A DNA stretch of 63,938 nt, the filler included, from Perkinsus olseni (lineage: Eukaryota), in the NCBI GenBank assembly GCA_013115125.1. It is 3 parts of 3 records of this genome, joined end to end, with 100 filler letters (N's around TTAATTAATTAA, not from the genome) between each part and the next. Parts side by side here need not be neighbours in the genome. Positions count along the whole stretch, not along the records: positions 1 to 22,071 come from JABANN010000546.1; positions 22,172 to 44,236 come from JABANN010000547.1; 1 more part is not named here. One strand, given 5' to 3'. Under the pieces are notes generated by a model that was not told the origin of the DNA, searched no databases, and saw only the letters and a list, made by a program, of their open reading frames with translations. Positions 11,181-23,314 of this stretch are shown here, piece by piece; the stretch's first letter is position 1; each line of letters starts with the position of its first letter. The position numbers and the translations under genes are program-made.

Positions 11181-14100
11181 TCACTCCATCTTAGTGTTAC
11201 GGATATCGTTAATGGGCTCCTCGGACGTCTCGCTGCCAGCAGTCCCACCATCAGCCTTCGCCTTGGTCTCCACACCAGCGCTGCCGCCAGTGGTCGCTGC
11301 CTTAAAACGACTAGCGCCACTAGCTAGTGCGTCCAGTACCTTCACAATGATGATCCACCCGCAACCGCAAGCACCGAGCCATCCTAGCTACCTCCTGGTT
11401 GCCCTCCAGCTTCTCCAACACCTCCGGATAATGCTCCGTCAAGAACGCCTTCATGCGCTCCGTGGCCGTAAGATGCCAATTAGCGACCCGCTTCTGTATA
11501 GCGTTCCACTTCAAACCTCGGTTGATCTGCTGCTCATGCTGTAGTCGAGCATAGGCCCTCGCCACCTTGACCTGCATAAAAGACATCCACGTCCCCTTCC
11601 CACCGACAACACCCGCTCCCACCTGCGTCGTTCCGTCGCCCTCAGCCAACTCAAAGGCGAAGAATTCTCCCCACAAGTCACCGTTGCAGGAGTTGATGCT
11701 GGTAGCATTCTGATACCACTTTCTCGCCTTCGCGATCATACCTGATCAACCGCGCCGTCGAACGCTCGCAGTCAAGACCGAAAGCTATCACCCTTATCCT
11801 TCCAGAAGAACTTCGCCACCGCCATGACCGCATGGACGTCATTCTCGCAGTGCTTCAATGCATCGACAGTCTTGGCGTGACGAGTCTCCTTAGGCTCCAA
11901 TTCCACTGCCTTAGCCCACAGCAACCCTGACCTACGCAGAAAGCACCTCAACTACCGTACGAACAGCAGTGCGGGGAGGCTACCTCGGGCACTGCTGCAG
12001 CGCTCTGTTGAGCATGTGACGGGCTTGAGCACGCGTCTCCTCCAGCTGGATGGACTTCAACCACAACTCATCAAGGTGAGGGTGCTGCTTAGCTGCCGCT
12101 CCCAAAGTTGCCTGGGCGGCCCCCACCGCACCAGCGGCCTCCGTGATGGTCGAATTCCGCAGCCGTCCGCGTTCCAAGATACTGCGAGCCAACGGCAGCT
12201 TGTCCATCTTAGCAGCTACATCGGCCGCCACTATCCACAAGTGGACGCTGCGGGGGCACTTCTCGAGGCCCTCCGACGCCCATCGCTCCGCCTCCTTAAC
12301 ATCACCACTTTCCATGTTAATATGCGCTCCGATCATATACAGCTTAGCAAAGTGTGGATACTGTACGATGGCGTCCTTACATAGGGCCAGGGCCTGAGGA
12401 GAATGGAGACGCTCAATCCCGAGGCACCACCCGCAAGGGACGGTTATGGAACGCCTCAGTCCCCCTTCGACCCACCTGATTGGTATGGTTAGATTCCCGT
12501 TCGAGCTGAATGCTTTGCATCCATATACGTTCGCAAGGTTCCTTCGAGAACTCAGCCTGTCTCCGAGCCGCAGCCAACAGCTGCCGAGCCCTCTGGATTT
12601 CACCGTTACTGACCTACATCAACCCCAGCAAAAATGAAACCCAAAGAACCCAAGACACTACTACCTCAATCTTAGCTGCAGCCAGATGGACATCCTCACT
12701 AGTAGACCCAACAGCCTGCGCTGCCTGCTGCAAGATTGCCCTAGCGCCATCGACATCGCCACGCAGCCACTTCTGTTTGGCGGATATGAGCCACAATTGA
12801 GGAGCCAAGGGGCATGCCTCCACGGCTGCTGCCAACACCTAAAAAAGACAAAACACGTAGCGGAGCGAAGCGAAGCACCTTCTACTGTTTTCTCACTTGG
12901 TCCATCTGGGCCGCAGTACCGTGCCTAGCTTCCAGCTGCGCCCACCGCTTCCACAATCCCTTCTTGTTCGGGAACTTAGCGGTAGCACTGGCATACAGAG
13001 CCCTCGCCGTGTGAGGCCTATGCCGCGACAGCGCTGCATCAGCATCTGCCACCCATTCACGCTTGCAAGCCTGATCAATACCACTCCTTCAACACATCGC
13101 AATACACCCTCACGATTGTTTCAAATGACTTAGCCGATTATTCGACCCAAGATCAAGAAGCCAGACCCGCCTCCACGATTGTGCCTCTCACCGCAAGGAG
13201 GTGAATCACAAGCACGCAATCGTTAAAAAGCTCTAGCGTAGGTTCGAACCCGGGTCCCCTGGGCAGTACCTTCGAGTCCGTCATGTCCATATTGGTGTCA
13301 ATAGTAAGGTCCACCAAAGCATCAGTAGTAGCAGTATACCCTAGATTCTCCGAGTCCTCAGCCATCTGCAGCCACTGCCTTCTGTCAATCTTCACGCCAT
13401 TAGCCCTCAGTGAGTCCATGGCCCTCTGTATGATCTTTCGGATGCCCGAAGTATTCCCACTGCTCTCTTGCAGCCGAGCAGCCGTCACCCAAATTAGCGC
13501 ACTCGTCGGGACGTTCTTACGAGCTTGGTTCAATACCTGTCACAACAACGCCCTAATCCACCACTAGACGACTTGCCCGCCACTACCTTCTGGGCCTCAT
13601 GGTATTCACTCAGCCTCGCCAATGCCAACCACAGCTCCTCGCTCTTCGGGCAACACTCAGTCGCACGGCGTAGAAGAATCTTAGCGTCAGCTGGCTTCTC
13701 CAAAGATACTGCCATCTTCCACAATTGGACGCTCGAAGGAGCTTTTTCCAGGGCCTTACGCAGCACTTGCCTCTTCGCGTCGACAGCGGTCTGTCCATAA
13801 CCACTTGAACACCTACTTAAAAGCCCTTCCCTTCTCACCTCTCGATTGGCCGCATCGATCCAGATCTTGGTGGACCTTGGCAGCTCCCTAACCGCCTTAG
13901 CCAATACAGCCTTGGCGTTCTCGGGCTTCTCCAGCCTCGCAGCCTAACAGTAACGCACGCTGCGCCGCCTAATGGTGCAGTCACTATAGGACTACTTCAA
14001 GCCAGAGGTCCTCACTCTTAGGGCAGTGCTGCACACCCTTCGCCACCAACTCCCTAGCCTGCCCGAGGTTCCCCGTCATCTCCTCCAACCGTGCTGCTGC

Positions 14101-15705
14101 TATCCAGCCTGCTGCGTGATGAGGGTTACTGCGAGTCACTGACTTGAACAGCAACCTGAGGAAGAGAGAGCTCGGATACGGTACCGCTGGAAGGTACCTC
14201 ACTACCTAGCCTTCTTCACCTCATTAACATCAGTATCCACGCCCACTCCCGCTGCTGCTCCTATCCGGGATGCCGCTGCCAGATCAGTCAGATACCCCTT
14301 AGGATCCATCACAGACTGTCCTGTGATGGAATCTTGAAGCTTATCCAACTGCACAGCAAGGACAGCCGCCTTGGCCTGGCCCAACTCATTAACACTGCCG
14401 GCTGCTCCAGAGCCTCCAGTCGCAGGTGTGGCCAGGCCCATCGGCGTAGAGAGACCCATAGGGGTCGCCATACCCATGGGAGTACTGAGGCCTCCAACAC
14501 CCATGGGAGTAGCAAGGCCTCCCATGCCCAGCGGGGTAGACATGCCCATAGGCGTGGACAAGCCCCCACCAAGACCCATAGGGGTGGACAGACCTAGACC
14601 CATAGGGGTCGATAGGCCCATACCGATCGGGGTGGACAGCCCTCCCGTGCCGAAACCTAACCACAGCCGGGCTCCCTTCTCGAAGGCCCTCCCCATCGCT
14701 ATTACCCATAGGCGTAGACATTCCGGTCATAGGGGTCGACATGCCCCCGCTCTGGTCGGTCGTTCCGAAGGTCCCCGCGCTCCGGGCCGACAACAGCAAT
14801 GAGTCCGAAGCCGCCGCCAGCGTTTCTCGACGGCGCTTTTTCGTCTGACATCGCATAGAACTGTCCAACCCCCACCCGCAGCCCATGGTACCTTGAGATG
14901 CTCCTGAGCTTCCGGAATGGCGTCCCACTCTTCCGCAGAAACCTTAGCCAGATCGCGCTTGAAGGGCAAAAGCTGCTGTGAAATAGTCGGACGCTCGTCT
15001 CTCATCTTCAGCAACTCATCGCGCATCCGTTCTTCGCGCCACTGAAATGATACTCATTGATCACCATGAGAAATATCTTAGGTCGAAGGTGGCACGTCGC
15101 AGAACCCAGGATACTACCTTCTTCCGCTTCTCATCGAGCCTCTCGTCCACCTGTTCGTACATCTCATCAGCCTCCTTATCATCCTCGTCATAAACCGTAT
15201 TCTGGAATAGTGAACCGCCGTACCTACACCACCATCCCTCTCAGTCTGACCGCGACGCCACTGGCCCTCGGCAACGTTACCCAGCAAACTCATCGAAGTT
15301 GCTGTCGCCCAGGTCCTGATTCTCTTCGTCTTGTATGGGCGTTATCTCGCTACTACTAGCATCATCTCGACTCACGCCGCCAGTGAACCCAGTGGCTCCT
15401 CGTCCCCGTCCAGGTATGTACCCCGGGGGCGGCGCGCCCCACTTTCCGTGTATAGAGTGCTGCCCAGCCCCAGCGGTCGAATCCCTGGCCAACTTGCTCT
15501 TCTGGAAGGCCCTACTATGCGACCCCAGAGTTCCCGGGGCGATGGGTGGGAACTGAGGCAGCCCTGCGAACTCTGCTCGAGTTGCCACATGGAAGCCGCC
15601 GGCTCCGCGGCCCTTGCCCGCAGTATAGCCCGGAGGGGGTGGATAGCCGGCCGCCCCGGTAAGGCCCTGTCGAGTGGCAGGATTCTGTCCGGGGAGCAAG
15701 GACAT
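11181..15705 (-). CDS. PRP6: Pre-mRNA splicing factor PRP6 (HAT/TPR repeats, multi-exon)
   Basis: [87 protein letters not shown] and many HAT repeats. Stop TGA at 11181. Confidence 0.96.
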
Positions 15706-15945
15706 GTTGGTTAATGTTCAACGGACCAGACTCCACGAATAGATTAATCGGGCGTGCGCGATTGACGATGCTTCTTCCGGAAGTGATCAACGTGGTCACG
15801 GCCCCGACGTTCTCCTGCAGCATGGAGCTGCTCTCTGGTATCACACCAGTCGTGTATGAATTAGTTTCCGCTCCAAAGTCACGTCTGGCAGATATTGTAT
15901 CGCTCTGAGTTGATCCAGCGTAGGTTTTCCTTCATTTCTCCTGTC

Positions 15946-18309
15946 ATGTCGGAGTCGACGTCGAAGACCGACCCCAGCACTGCCGAGAGCCAGACGGGCT
16001 CCACCCAAGGGTCCGAGGCTGAGCAGCCTGCAACCTTCGAGTCCCTCGGTGTATGTCCTGAACTGTGCAAGGCCTGTGATGTTCTGCAGTGGAAGCACCC
16101 CTCCAGGATCCAGGAGGAAACGATCCCTTACGCCCTGCAAGGGAGGGACCTTATCGCGCTGGCTGAGACAGGCAGTGGGAAGACCGGTAGTACAGGACTT
16201 GAAGCTTCGAAAACAGCTGGGTAGCAGCCAGAATCCCGAGCTGTTACCCGGGGCAAACAGATTTCCGAAGATGCTTCCTTCGAATTTGGCTATCTCTCCG
16301 ATTTGGGGACTACCCTCCGAGGTGGGCAAGTGGGATTATTTTCAGGAGCCTTTGCCATTCCGATCATCCAGAAGCTCCTTGATGCGGCTCCTCATCGGAA
16401 GCTCACATGGGCCTGCGTACTCGCCCCCACACGAGAGCTTTGCGTGCAAGTAATCACCCCTGCTTCATAACCAAGGGTGCAGGAGGAACGCTACTTGTCA
16501 GATCGGTCAGCAGTTCGAAGGTCTTGGCGCCAGCATTAACCTCACCACTGCTACCGTCGTCGGTGGTCTCGATATGGTCACACAGGTACGAAGCAAAAAG
16601 CTCGTCGCTCATGCTAATCTTGCACACTCCCCTTTACAGGCTATGTCTCTGTCGAAGAAGCCCCATATCATAGTAGCGTCTCCTGGTCGTCTTGTTGACC
16701 ATCTTGAGAACACTAAAGGCTTCCACTTGAAGACTATCAAGTTCCTAGTCATGGATGAGGCCGATCGGCTGCTTGGTAGTGAGGAGTTGTGCTATCTCGA
16801 AATGTCGGTACCGCTGAACAGCTGGTTGTGTTTCTCTTCGCTATTTTCACCTCGGGACTTGGCCTCAATTCGAATATCCTCTCCGAGATTCAGTCATCGC
16901 TAGCTCCTATCCGAGAAGCTCAGTTGCGAATGATGTGATTGGTCCTCGACTGAGTAGTTGAGATCAATAGCGACCATTGAGCCTTGACATAGCGCTTTGG
17001 CTGGTGCCAGACGAGTGGAGATGAGGTTGAGCCTTTGAAGGCACTCTAAGCCGCCATTTTGGAATAGTTCCTGTCCAGGTATGGACTTCGAGGATGCCCT
17101 CAACAAGATCGTCCAGTCCTGCCCTCGGGACCGCCAAACTTTCCTTTTCTCTGCGACCATGACCAGTAAGTTGTTTCGCTATCATTCCTACTGCCGAGTC
17201 ATTGGCTGGCTTCCTTGCGGTAGATAAGGTGTCGCAGCTGCAACGAGCATCGCTGACTCGGCCGGTGAAGTGCGAGGTTGCGCGGAAGTACTAACCGGTA
17301 TAGCGTTCGAGCGCTTTCGGGACTTTCTTGCAAGGTTCGATGTTGCCAAGGGACTGGTACAGAACTACATGTTTGTCCCACATAAGCACAAGCATGCTTA
17401 CTTGGCAGCTCTTCTGGCGCATTACAAGCTCAGTACGTTCTGTCTTGGGGTGAGGAGTAGTTGGAGTACGCTATCTTGATGGCAGGTACTGTGATGATCT
17501 TCGTGGATACATGCCTCAACGCCCAGCGTATGGCCACTACTTTGAGACATCTCGGTCACAACTGTGTGTGCTTGCACGGCAAAATGACGCAGACGCACCG
17601 ATTGGGAGCACTGAACCAGTTCCGTGCCGGTGCGAAGTTATCTTTATCGTCACTGTGTTCGACGCGCCTGGCGTAGGTACCCGATCGATCCTTGTGGCAA
17701 CCGATGTGGCGGCGCGAGGCTTGGATATTCCCAGCGTAGATGTTGTAATCAACTTTGATGTTCCTAAAAACCCTGAGGTACCACGGCCGTTCGGGTGGGC
17801 CTCTTGTGATTTCCCGTCTAGGAGTACATCCACCGAGTGGGACGTACTGCGCGTGCTGGTCGCACTGGCCGATCTGTTACTCTGGTTACGCAGTATGACA
17901 TAGAGCCCTTCCAAAGGATCGAAAATAAACAAGGTGGGTGGTTGGTGATGGCAAGAGTCGTGGCTAGCGACTTAGCGTTGGTAGGCAAGAAGATGGAAGA
18001 GCTATCTGAGGTTAACGAGGAGAACGCCATGTCTTTGCAGGAGAAGGTCTTGGAAGCTTTGCGTGAGTCTATCAAGACACGTTGCGGTGGTGGAGTGGTA
18101 CTGAGCGTTTGCCTTGTAGGCTCGACGCAGCTAGAGATGCGAGAGCAAGAGGAAGATATTAAAGAGTAACTCCGGGAGTGTTGGCTTGGGGGCAATATTC
18201 GGTTTGTTTCAGAGCCCTGGCTGGCAAGAAGGGCGGGCGAGGCGGCAAAAAGCGGCAGCACCAAATGATCCTCCAGAAGCTAGCACAGGGGAGCAAAAAG
18301 AGGAGATAA
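15946..18309 (+). CDS. RRP3: DEAD-box RNA helicase RRP3/DDX47 (multi-exon)
   Basis: Q motif TFESLGV...[76 protein letters not shown] and VTQYDIE. Basic C-terminus ...QGSKKRR-TAA. Confidence 0.95.
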
Positions 18310-18808
18310 CACACTGTATAGTAAACCATTACTGTCAAACGTCCTTGCTATGTAGCGTTCCTAACATCGCTTCACTCCACGTCACCGTTTCTATGCATGA
18401 TAGCCTTGCGTGTAGTTGACCACAGCTTGCACGCCGACACATAGCGGTGTTTTCCGTTTTAATTGAAGTCCTTACCATTGCTGTTGCTGTTTTTCAACAA
18501 CAGGAGCCGTCCGAGAGGGACACAAACTTACCTGGGACTAGGCAACCGCAGATTACCTGTGTGTACTCAGGCTGAGTGAATCGATGCGGCTTTAGTCAAA
18601 TTCCGTATCAGCAAGAGGAGGTTTTTTGACGTCATCTGGCGAGTAGTGGCTTTGATATACACCGCTGTGTTCGATGGTCATTGACGTATACAGGCTCCCT
18701 TAGTGTCGTCGATGATGTAGTTACTGTTAGAAGGCTGGGCCACTAGACCGCCCTTCTTGGAGGACCGCCAATGGAGACCCTTGTCAGTCTGTAGTTTTTT
18801 TTGTTTTG

Positions 18809-20407
18809 ATGGCTTTCGCTATCGTCCCGCACACGGGGATGCCCGTTGAAGGGGAGAAGGTTGCGTGGATACACCTTCGTCGCTCAGATGTCCGCCATCA
18901 CAACATGATCGCCGACTGTGGCTTCAGGGCTACTTTTGGTTATCAGTCAGGAGTCGTTGAGTCCTTTCCGCTCTACTTGGCATCTTCTAAGAATGCGGAT
19001 GTCAGATTTATTATGGGTCCAGGGAGAGAATGGCGGCCTCAATTGGACGACAAGAGCCTGCCCAAGGCGTTGCTGGGCGAGGACTCCCATCCAGTGACGG
19101 TGGTTCTCAATTTCGGTTGTGGAACGCGCAATTTTATATTCGCCGGCTACGAGGGACTGGGCCCCCGACTATTATCGATGGCCAAGTGTGGCAGCATCAA
19201 TTTTCCGGACGGTCGTCTGAAGGCTGATCCTCGAGACGTGAAGGATGCTCAGCTGTGGCAAGGCGACGATGACAGCTACTGGGTCATCTCGGCCGAGTCA
19301 CAGTGGCATGCTACTACTATTAGTGACGTCACTACGAGAAGGGGAATCTTGGTTGTCTATGAGGTCCGGGGAAGCCGCAGTGACCCTCGGATTGAGCGGA
19401 AATACAGCGCGAGTGTCCGAGGACTTCCATATGCGATGGCCGGCTGTGGGAGCGAGACCGCTGACTTCGGGGCAGAATCTCGGCCGATTCTGAAGGGTGC
19501 TGCCGTGAGGGTTGTTCTCTCAACCTTATCCGACAAGTTTCAGCTCATGCTTCTCGAGCTCACTCGTTCTCGTGAGTGCACGCTGATCAGGAGTATCGAA
19601 GTACCATCCGCTGTAACCTCTCTCTCTGGGTCTCCCGATGGTCGGAGTTTCGCATCAACTGCGGATGATGGGCGCCTGTCTGTATGGCCTTCCGGTCTTA
19701 CTAGCGTGCCGATCGACAGCCCGGTGGCCTCAGCTGCGAGGCAAGGAGAGCTCGAAGCTTCGGCATGGGTTGATGATGACCATATCGTTGTCGGCGGAAT
19801 GGGCGACGCCCTCGGATTATACAACTTCGACCAACTTGATTCATTGGAGCTCATAGCGACGTTAAGGCAGACCGGTGCTTCGGCAACTACCTATGCCACA
19901 GCCTATTGCCACAGTCAGGCCGCCGCCGATGGGCGGAAGGGTCTCCGGCTGCTGCTATCTGGAGGTGTCGACACGTACGTCATGCTCAGCCTGTGTGTAT
20001 CCGAGGAACGTCCTCGTATCCCGTTCCCTCCTGAGGGAGCATTCTTCGAGTCCGAGGAAGTGCTGAATGAGCCGAAGAGGTGGAAGGAATGGAAGTCCGA
20101 CCGTAGGGTGGTGAGAATGGTCGACTCCGCGGAGGGTGTAGCAGCCGGTGAACAGTGTAAACGGGAAGATGGCAGTATCGTTTCTGGTCGAGGCAGTGGG
20201 GACCTGGCGAGATGGCGCGAGCTTGAGAGCGGTACGGTATCTATTGCTTCCAGCAGAGGCGGCGATTTTGCCTCAGAGGCGGCTCCGTCTGCCAGTAGGT
20301 TCCAGGGCCGCGTGGCAGCTGCCAAAAAGCGGCGAACAATGAATGCTACTGGTGTGGATGCAGAAGTCGTCGACAGTATGCCTCCTCGACCCCTGACAGT
20401 AATATGA
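18809..20407 (+). CDS. Intronless ~530-aa protein with degenerate WD40-like repeats
   Basis: Long uninterrupted ORF with the WD-like segment SAVTSLSGSPDGRSFASTADDGRLSVW and a further segment ASAWVDDDHIVVGGMGDALGLYN. Confidence 0.75.
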   Translation: MAFAIVPHTGMPVEGEKVAWIHLRRSDVRHHNMIADCGFRATFGYQSGVVESFPLYLASSKNADVRFIMGPGREWRPQLDDKSLPKALLGEDSHPVTVVLNFGCGTRNFIFAGYEGLGPRLLSMAKCGSINFPDGRLKADPRDVKDAQLWQGDDDSYWVISAESQWHATTISDVTTRRGILVVYEVRGSRSDPRIERKYSASVRGLPYAMAGCGSETADFGAESRPILKGAAVRVVLSTLSDKFQLMLLELTRSRECTLIRSIEVPSAVTSLSGSPDGRSFASTADDGRLSVWPSGLTSVPIDSPVASAARQGELEASAWVDDDHIVVGGMGDALGLYNFDQLDSLELIATLRQTGASATTYATAYCHSQAAADGRKGLRLLLSGGVDTYVMLSLCVSEERPRIPFPPEGAFFESEEVLNEPKRWKEWKSDRRVVRMVDSAEGVAAGEQCKREDGSIVSGRGSGDLARWRELESGTVSIASSRGGDFASEAAPSASRFQGRVAAAKKRRTMNATGVDAEVVDSMPPRPLTVI

Positions 20408-20414
20408 CCTTAAT

Positions 20415-20885
20415 ATGCCTCACGACAGTATGCTGACGACGCCTGAGGCGTCGTCAAAGTCTCACGATGATCTCAACATTCAGCGCCGTTGCACCGAGGT
20501 CATCAGCGCTATGATCTCTCTGGTGAAGAAGGCTTTGTCCGCTCGTGGTCCTATCTGGCTACTCGACGCTCTGAGGCCTATTGGGTTTGGCCGTGATACT
20601 CGAGATTACAATGACGCCGCTGTCTTCAACTGTGAGTTGATGCGACGGGAGTTGCTCATGGACAACCTGCGCTCTTTGTCCGCGGAAGACCTCCTGCAGT
20701 ACCTGGACCTCACTCGCAGGTTTTTAGAAGCCGCCAATGAGCGGGCATCTTCCCCGGATACCCCAAGAGACCAGCGAGAGCGCGTTGAAAGGACGCTCGC
20801 AGAGATTAAGGAAGTGCTGTCCGCTATGATGGACGAGAAGGGTATTATGTGGCTCACAAATTTTCCACCCAATCGTTACCCGTAA
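20415..20885 (+). CDS. Intronless hypothetical helical protein (156 aa)
   Basis: ATG-initiated ORF with natural amphipathic composition, starting 7 nt after the upstream stop. Confidence 0.6.
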   Translation: MPHDSMLTTPEASSKSHDDLNIQRRCTEVISAMISLVKKALSARGPIWLLDALRPIGFGRDTRDYNDAAVFNCELMRRELLMDNLRSLSAEDLLQYLDLTRRFLEAANERASSPDTPRDQRERVERTLAEIKEVLSAMMDEKGIMWLTNFPPNRYP

Positions 20886-21935
20886 CCTGCCCGTGATGGG
20901 ACTTGCGCAATACAACGGGTATTAGTTTTTTACGCAGTCCAATTATGAGTACTTCAACAACGTGTACCAATTACGAATGGACTACGTTATACATGGTCTG
21001 ACTGTTGCAGTCTTTGTTTTACGAATCGTGAGGTCGTTTTCAGTTTCTCCACGTTTTGAGTTGCAGCTCGGTCCAGGGGGTCATCATTCCGCGGGACTTC
21101 CTGGTTCATTGCCAGCCTTGAAGCTCACTTGATTGTAGTAGCCACTATGTATTGCAGCAACTTGTAACACCACTGCTTAGTACTCTCGAAGCAACGCCCA
21201 CCAGGGGCACCTCCTCGACTCGCTACAAGTGTGCATCTTCAACCATTACGCGCCTTGCGCTTGCGTGCATGGGTATGCGTTCCAGTTTGCACTAGAGACT
21301 CCCCCATAGACCTGCACCATAGTGGCTACTTAGTGACGACCATACGCCATGTCACAGCAGTCACCCGGTTCAGTGCTACTCTGCTGTTAGACTGTCTCCG
21401 CGGCATTACCCTTAACTGCAACATTACTCTCAGATAACCGTCTGACCTCATTCTGCGCCACTCTGCGTCACTGCGTGCATGAGTATGCGTTCTAGATTAC
21501 GCTGTGGAATCTCAATATCGACCAACCCCCATGATAGGAGTTGATCACTGTGATGCGAGTCCCAGCAAGTCGAGTTTTTTACTACTCTTCGAGTCCCGGC
21601 TCATAGCCAAACTGTATTGAGTTATGGTGCAGACCATCTATTCGTGTCAAGTCACCTGGCTTCCGGTCTAATCATTTTCTGAGCTCTGAGTCAGAGCCTC
21701 TGACTCGGTTAACTTGGCTGTTTCGAGCAGGTAGAGCAAACGCCACCCTGTTACGAAGGGAAGCTCTCCATGATTGAATGATATCTACTCTTGGAGGCTT
21801 GAAGTATCATCTAGATACTCTGAATCTGCTCGGGCCTTTCACAGGGGTGAAAATCAATGAGATCTTCGCTATGGGTGTCTCAGAGTCTGACTCAGGAGTT
21901 CTGTTCTTCGATCCACCCCTTTCGCAGCCCTCGGC

Positions 21936-22071
21936 ATGCAAATGCGCTTCTTCGCCAACTTCTTGATGACCCTCCTCGTGGTTGTTGACGGTACTTGTAA
22001 CGAGGCCGAGAAGGAGAAGATCACCGGCAAGTTGTTCCCCAACTTTCTCTACAAGTGCAGCCTCGCGGCCA
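21936..22071 (+). CDS. Secreted cysteine-rich protein, 5' end truncated by contig break
   Basis: MRFFANFLMTLLVVVDGTCNEAEKEKITGKLFPNFLYKCS aligns without gaps to MRLLVNALVIALAAASDVCSNVEKQALMGDSFPGFLYHCS at 2941. Confidence 0.7.
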
Positions 22072-22171
22072 NNNNNNNNNNNNNNNNNNNNNNNNNNNNN
22101 NNNNNNNNNNNNNNNTTAATTAATTAANNNNNNNNNNNNNNNNNNNNNNNNNNNNNNNNNNNNNNNNNNNN
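22072..22171. other. Artificial contig linker (N44-TTAATTAATTAA-N44)
   Basis: Six-frame-stop spacer flanked by Ns, exactly 100 nt. Confidence 0.97.
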
Positions 22172-22244
22172 TTTATCAGTGTTATTATTGGCAGAATCTC
22201 AGGATTCCACTAAACCATTGACTTGAGTTTCCCGATGGTTAACA

Positions 22245-23114
22245 CTTGGTAAGCCGACCTTGACCGCGGTAGAGAACGACGTCCCCCCTAGGCTCACACT
22301 GTCTGACGTCCCACAGATGGAGAACCCCTTGGCTGTCTCCAGTAGCCAGAGAGCATGAGTTGGGAGAGTTACCCAAAGACACGCAGTAAGTTGGATCGTC
22401 GCACTTCGCAGACCCGACTGACACGCCTAATGACCAACACACGAGTAGGTCGGCTGAGGTGAACATACAACTGCTCCTTATGACCACTCACGCATGAGAT
22501 CATCATAAGCCCAAGCGTACTGTTACAGACTGTTACAGGACTACTAGGTAATACTACGTAATAATGTTAGTAATACTAACAGTGAACGGAGAGTACTACT
22601 GTTAGCAGCGCCTAACGACCTGTTAGGACACACCCTGAGTGCCCTCAGAGGGCGGCCGTCGAAGCACCGCCACTTCTACTAACGACCCATTCCGCGGAGA
22701 CGTCGGACGGCCTCTGACCAGTCCTTATGTCCCACAAGCGAAGAGCTCCTCCTTCACAAGCGGTGACCAGCCAGTTACCGCTGCCGTGCCATGCACAGTC
22801 CGTTAGAGGATAAGTGTGCACACCACCGAGGGTCGACACCAGTCTGAGAGGGAAGCATCTTAGGTCCAACGTGCAAGATACAGAAAAGGTGCAGTTAAGG
22901 GCGTTGCTGAGTCCCCTCCCCTCCCACACCACCTTCCTTCGCTCAGGTCCCATATTTTCGCCGAGCTGTCAGCACTGGCCGTCGCTAGCTTGCCATGGCT
23001 GCTGAAGGTCCCTCGGACGACACACGCCTCATGTCCGGTTAGCCGACAGGCAGGTTCCAATCGCATTGGCATGCGAGTGGATGGAAGAAATCCAACGATT
23101 ATACTCCTTTTGGA
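22245..23114 (-). repeat. Inverted segmental duplication copy A, carrying the 5' exons of a WD40 gene (ATG 23072)
   Basis: Near-identical to the reverse complement of 43229-44103. Encodes LTGHEACV...ATASADSSAKIWD, ...ACEGGALRLWD and ...TGDSQGVLHLWD. Confidence 0.92.
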
Positions 23115-23314
23115 CTCCGCTTCAAGGTGTGAAGGATCATCACTGTCAGTGATGGTCCTTCACATGTTTGCAATCCCAAGAGTTACCACCATCAGTGACT
23201 CACTGATGGTGGTAACTCTTTTAGTGTGAGCGCGTACGCTAGAGGCCTCAATCACATATCCTCCACTAAGCCTAGATGTCCCAAGCAATAGGTATCCCTC
23301 TCCGAGGTCAGTCC

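Noticed and set aside
4503-18309. Apparent cluster of RNA-processing genes (PUS7, PRP6, RRP3)
   Set aside because: Interrupted by ATG18 and acting in different pathways; compatible with chance in a gene-dense genome.
22116-22127. TTAATTAATTAA palindrome (also 44281-44292)
   Set aside because: Artificial six-frame-stop linker. Adjacency of the three contigs is therefore not evidence of real linkage.
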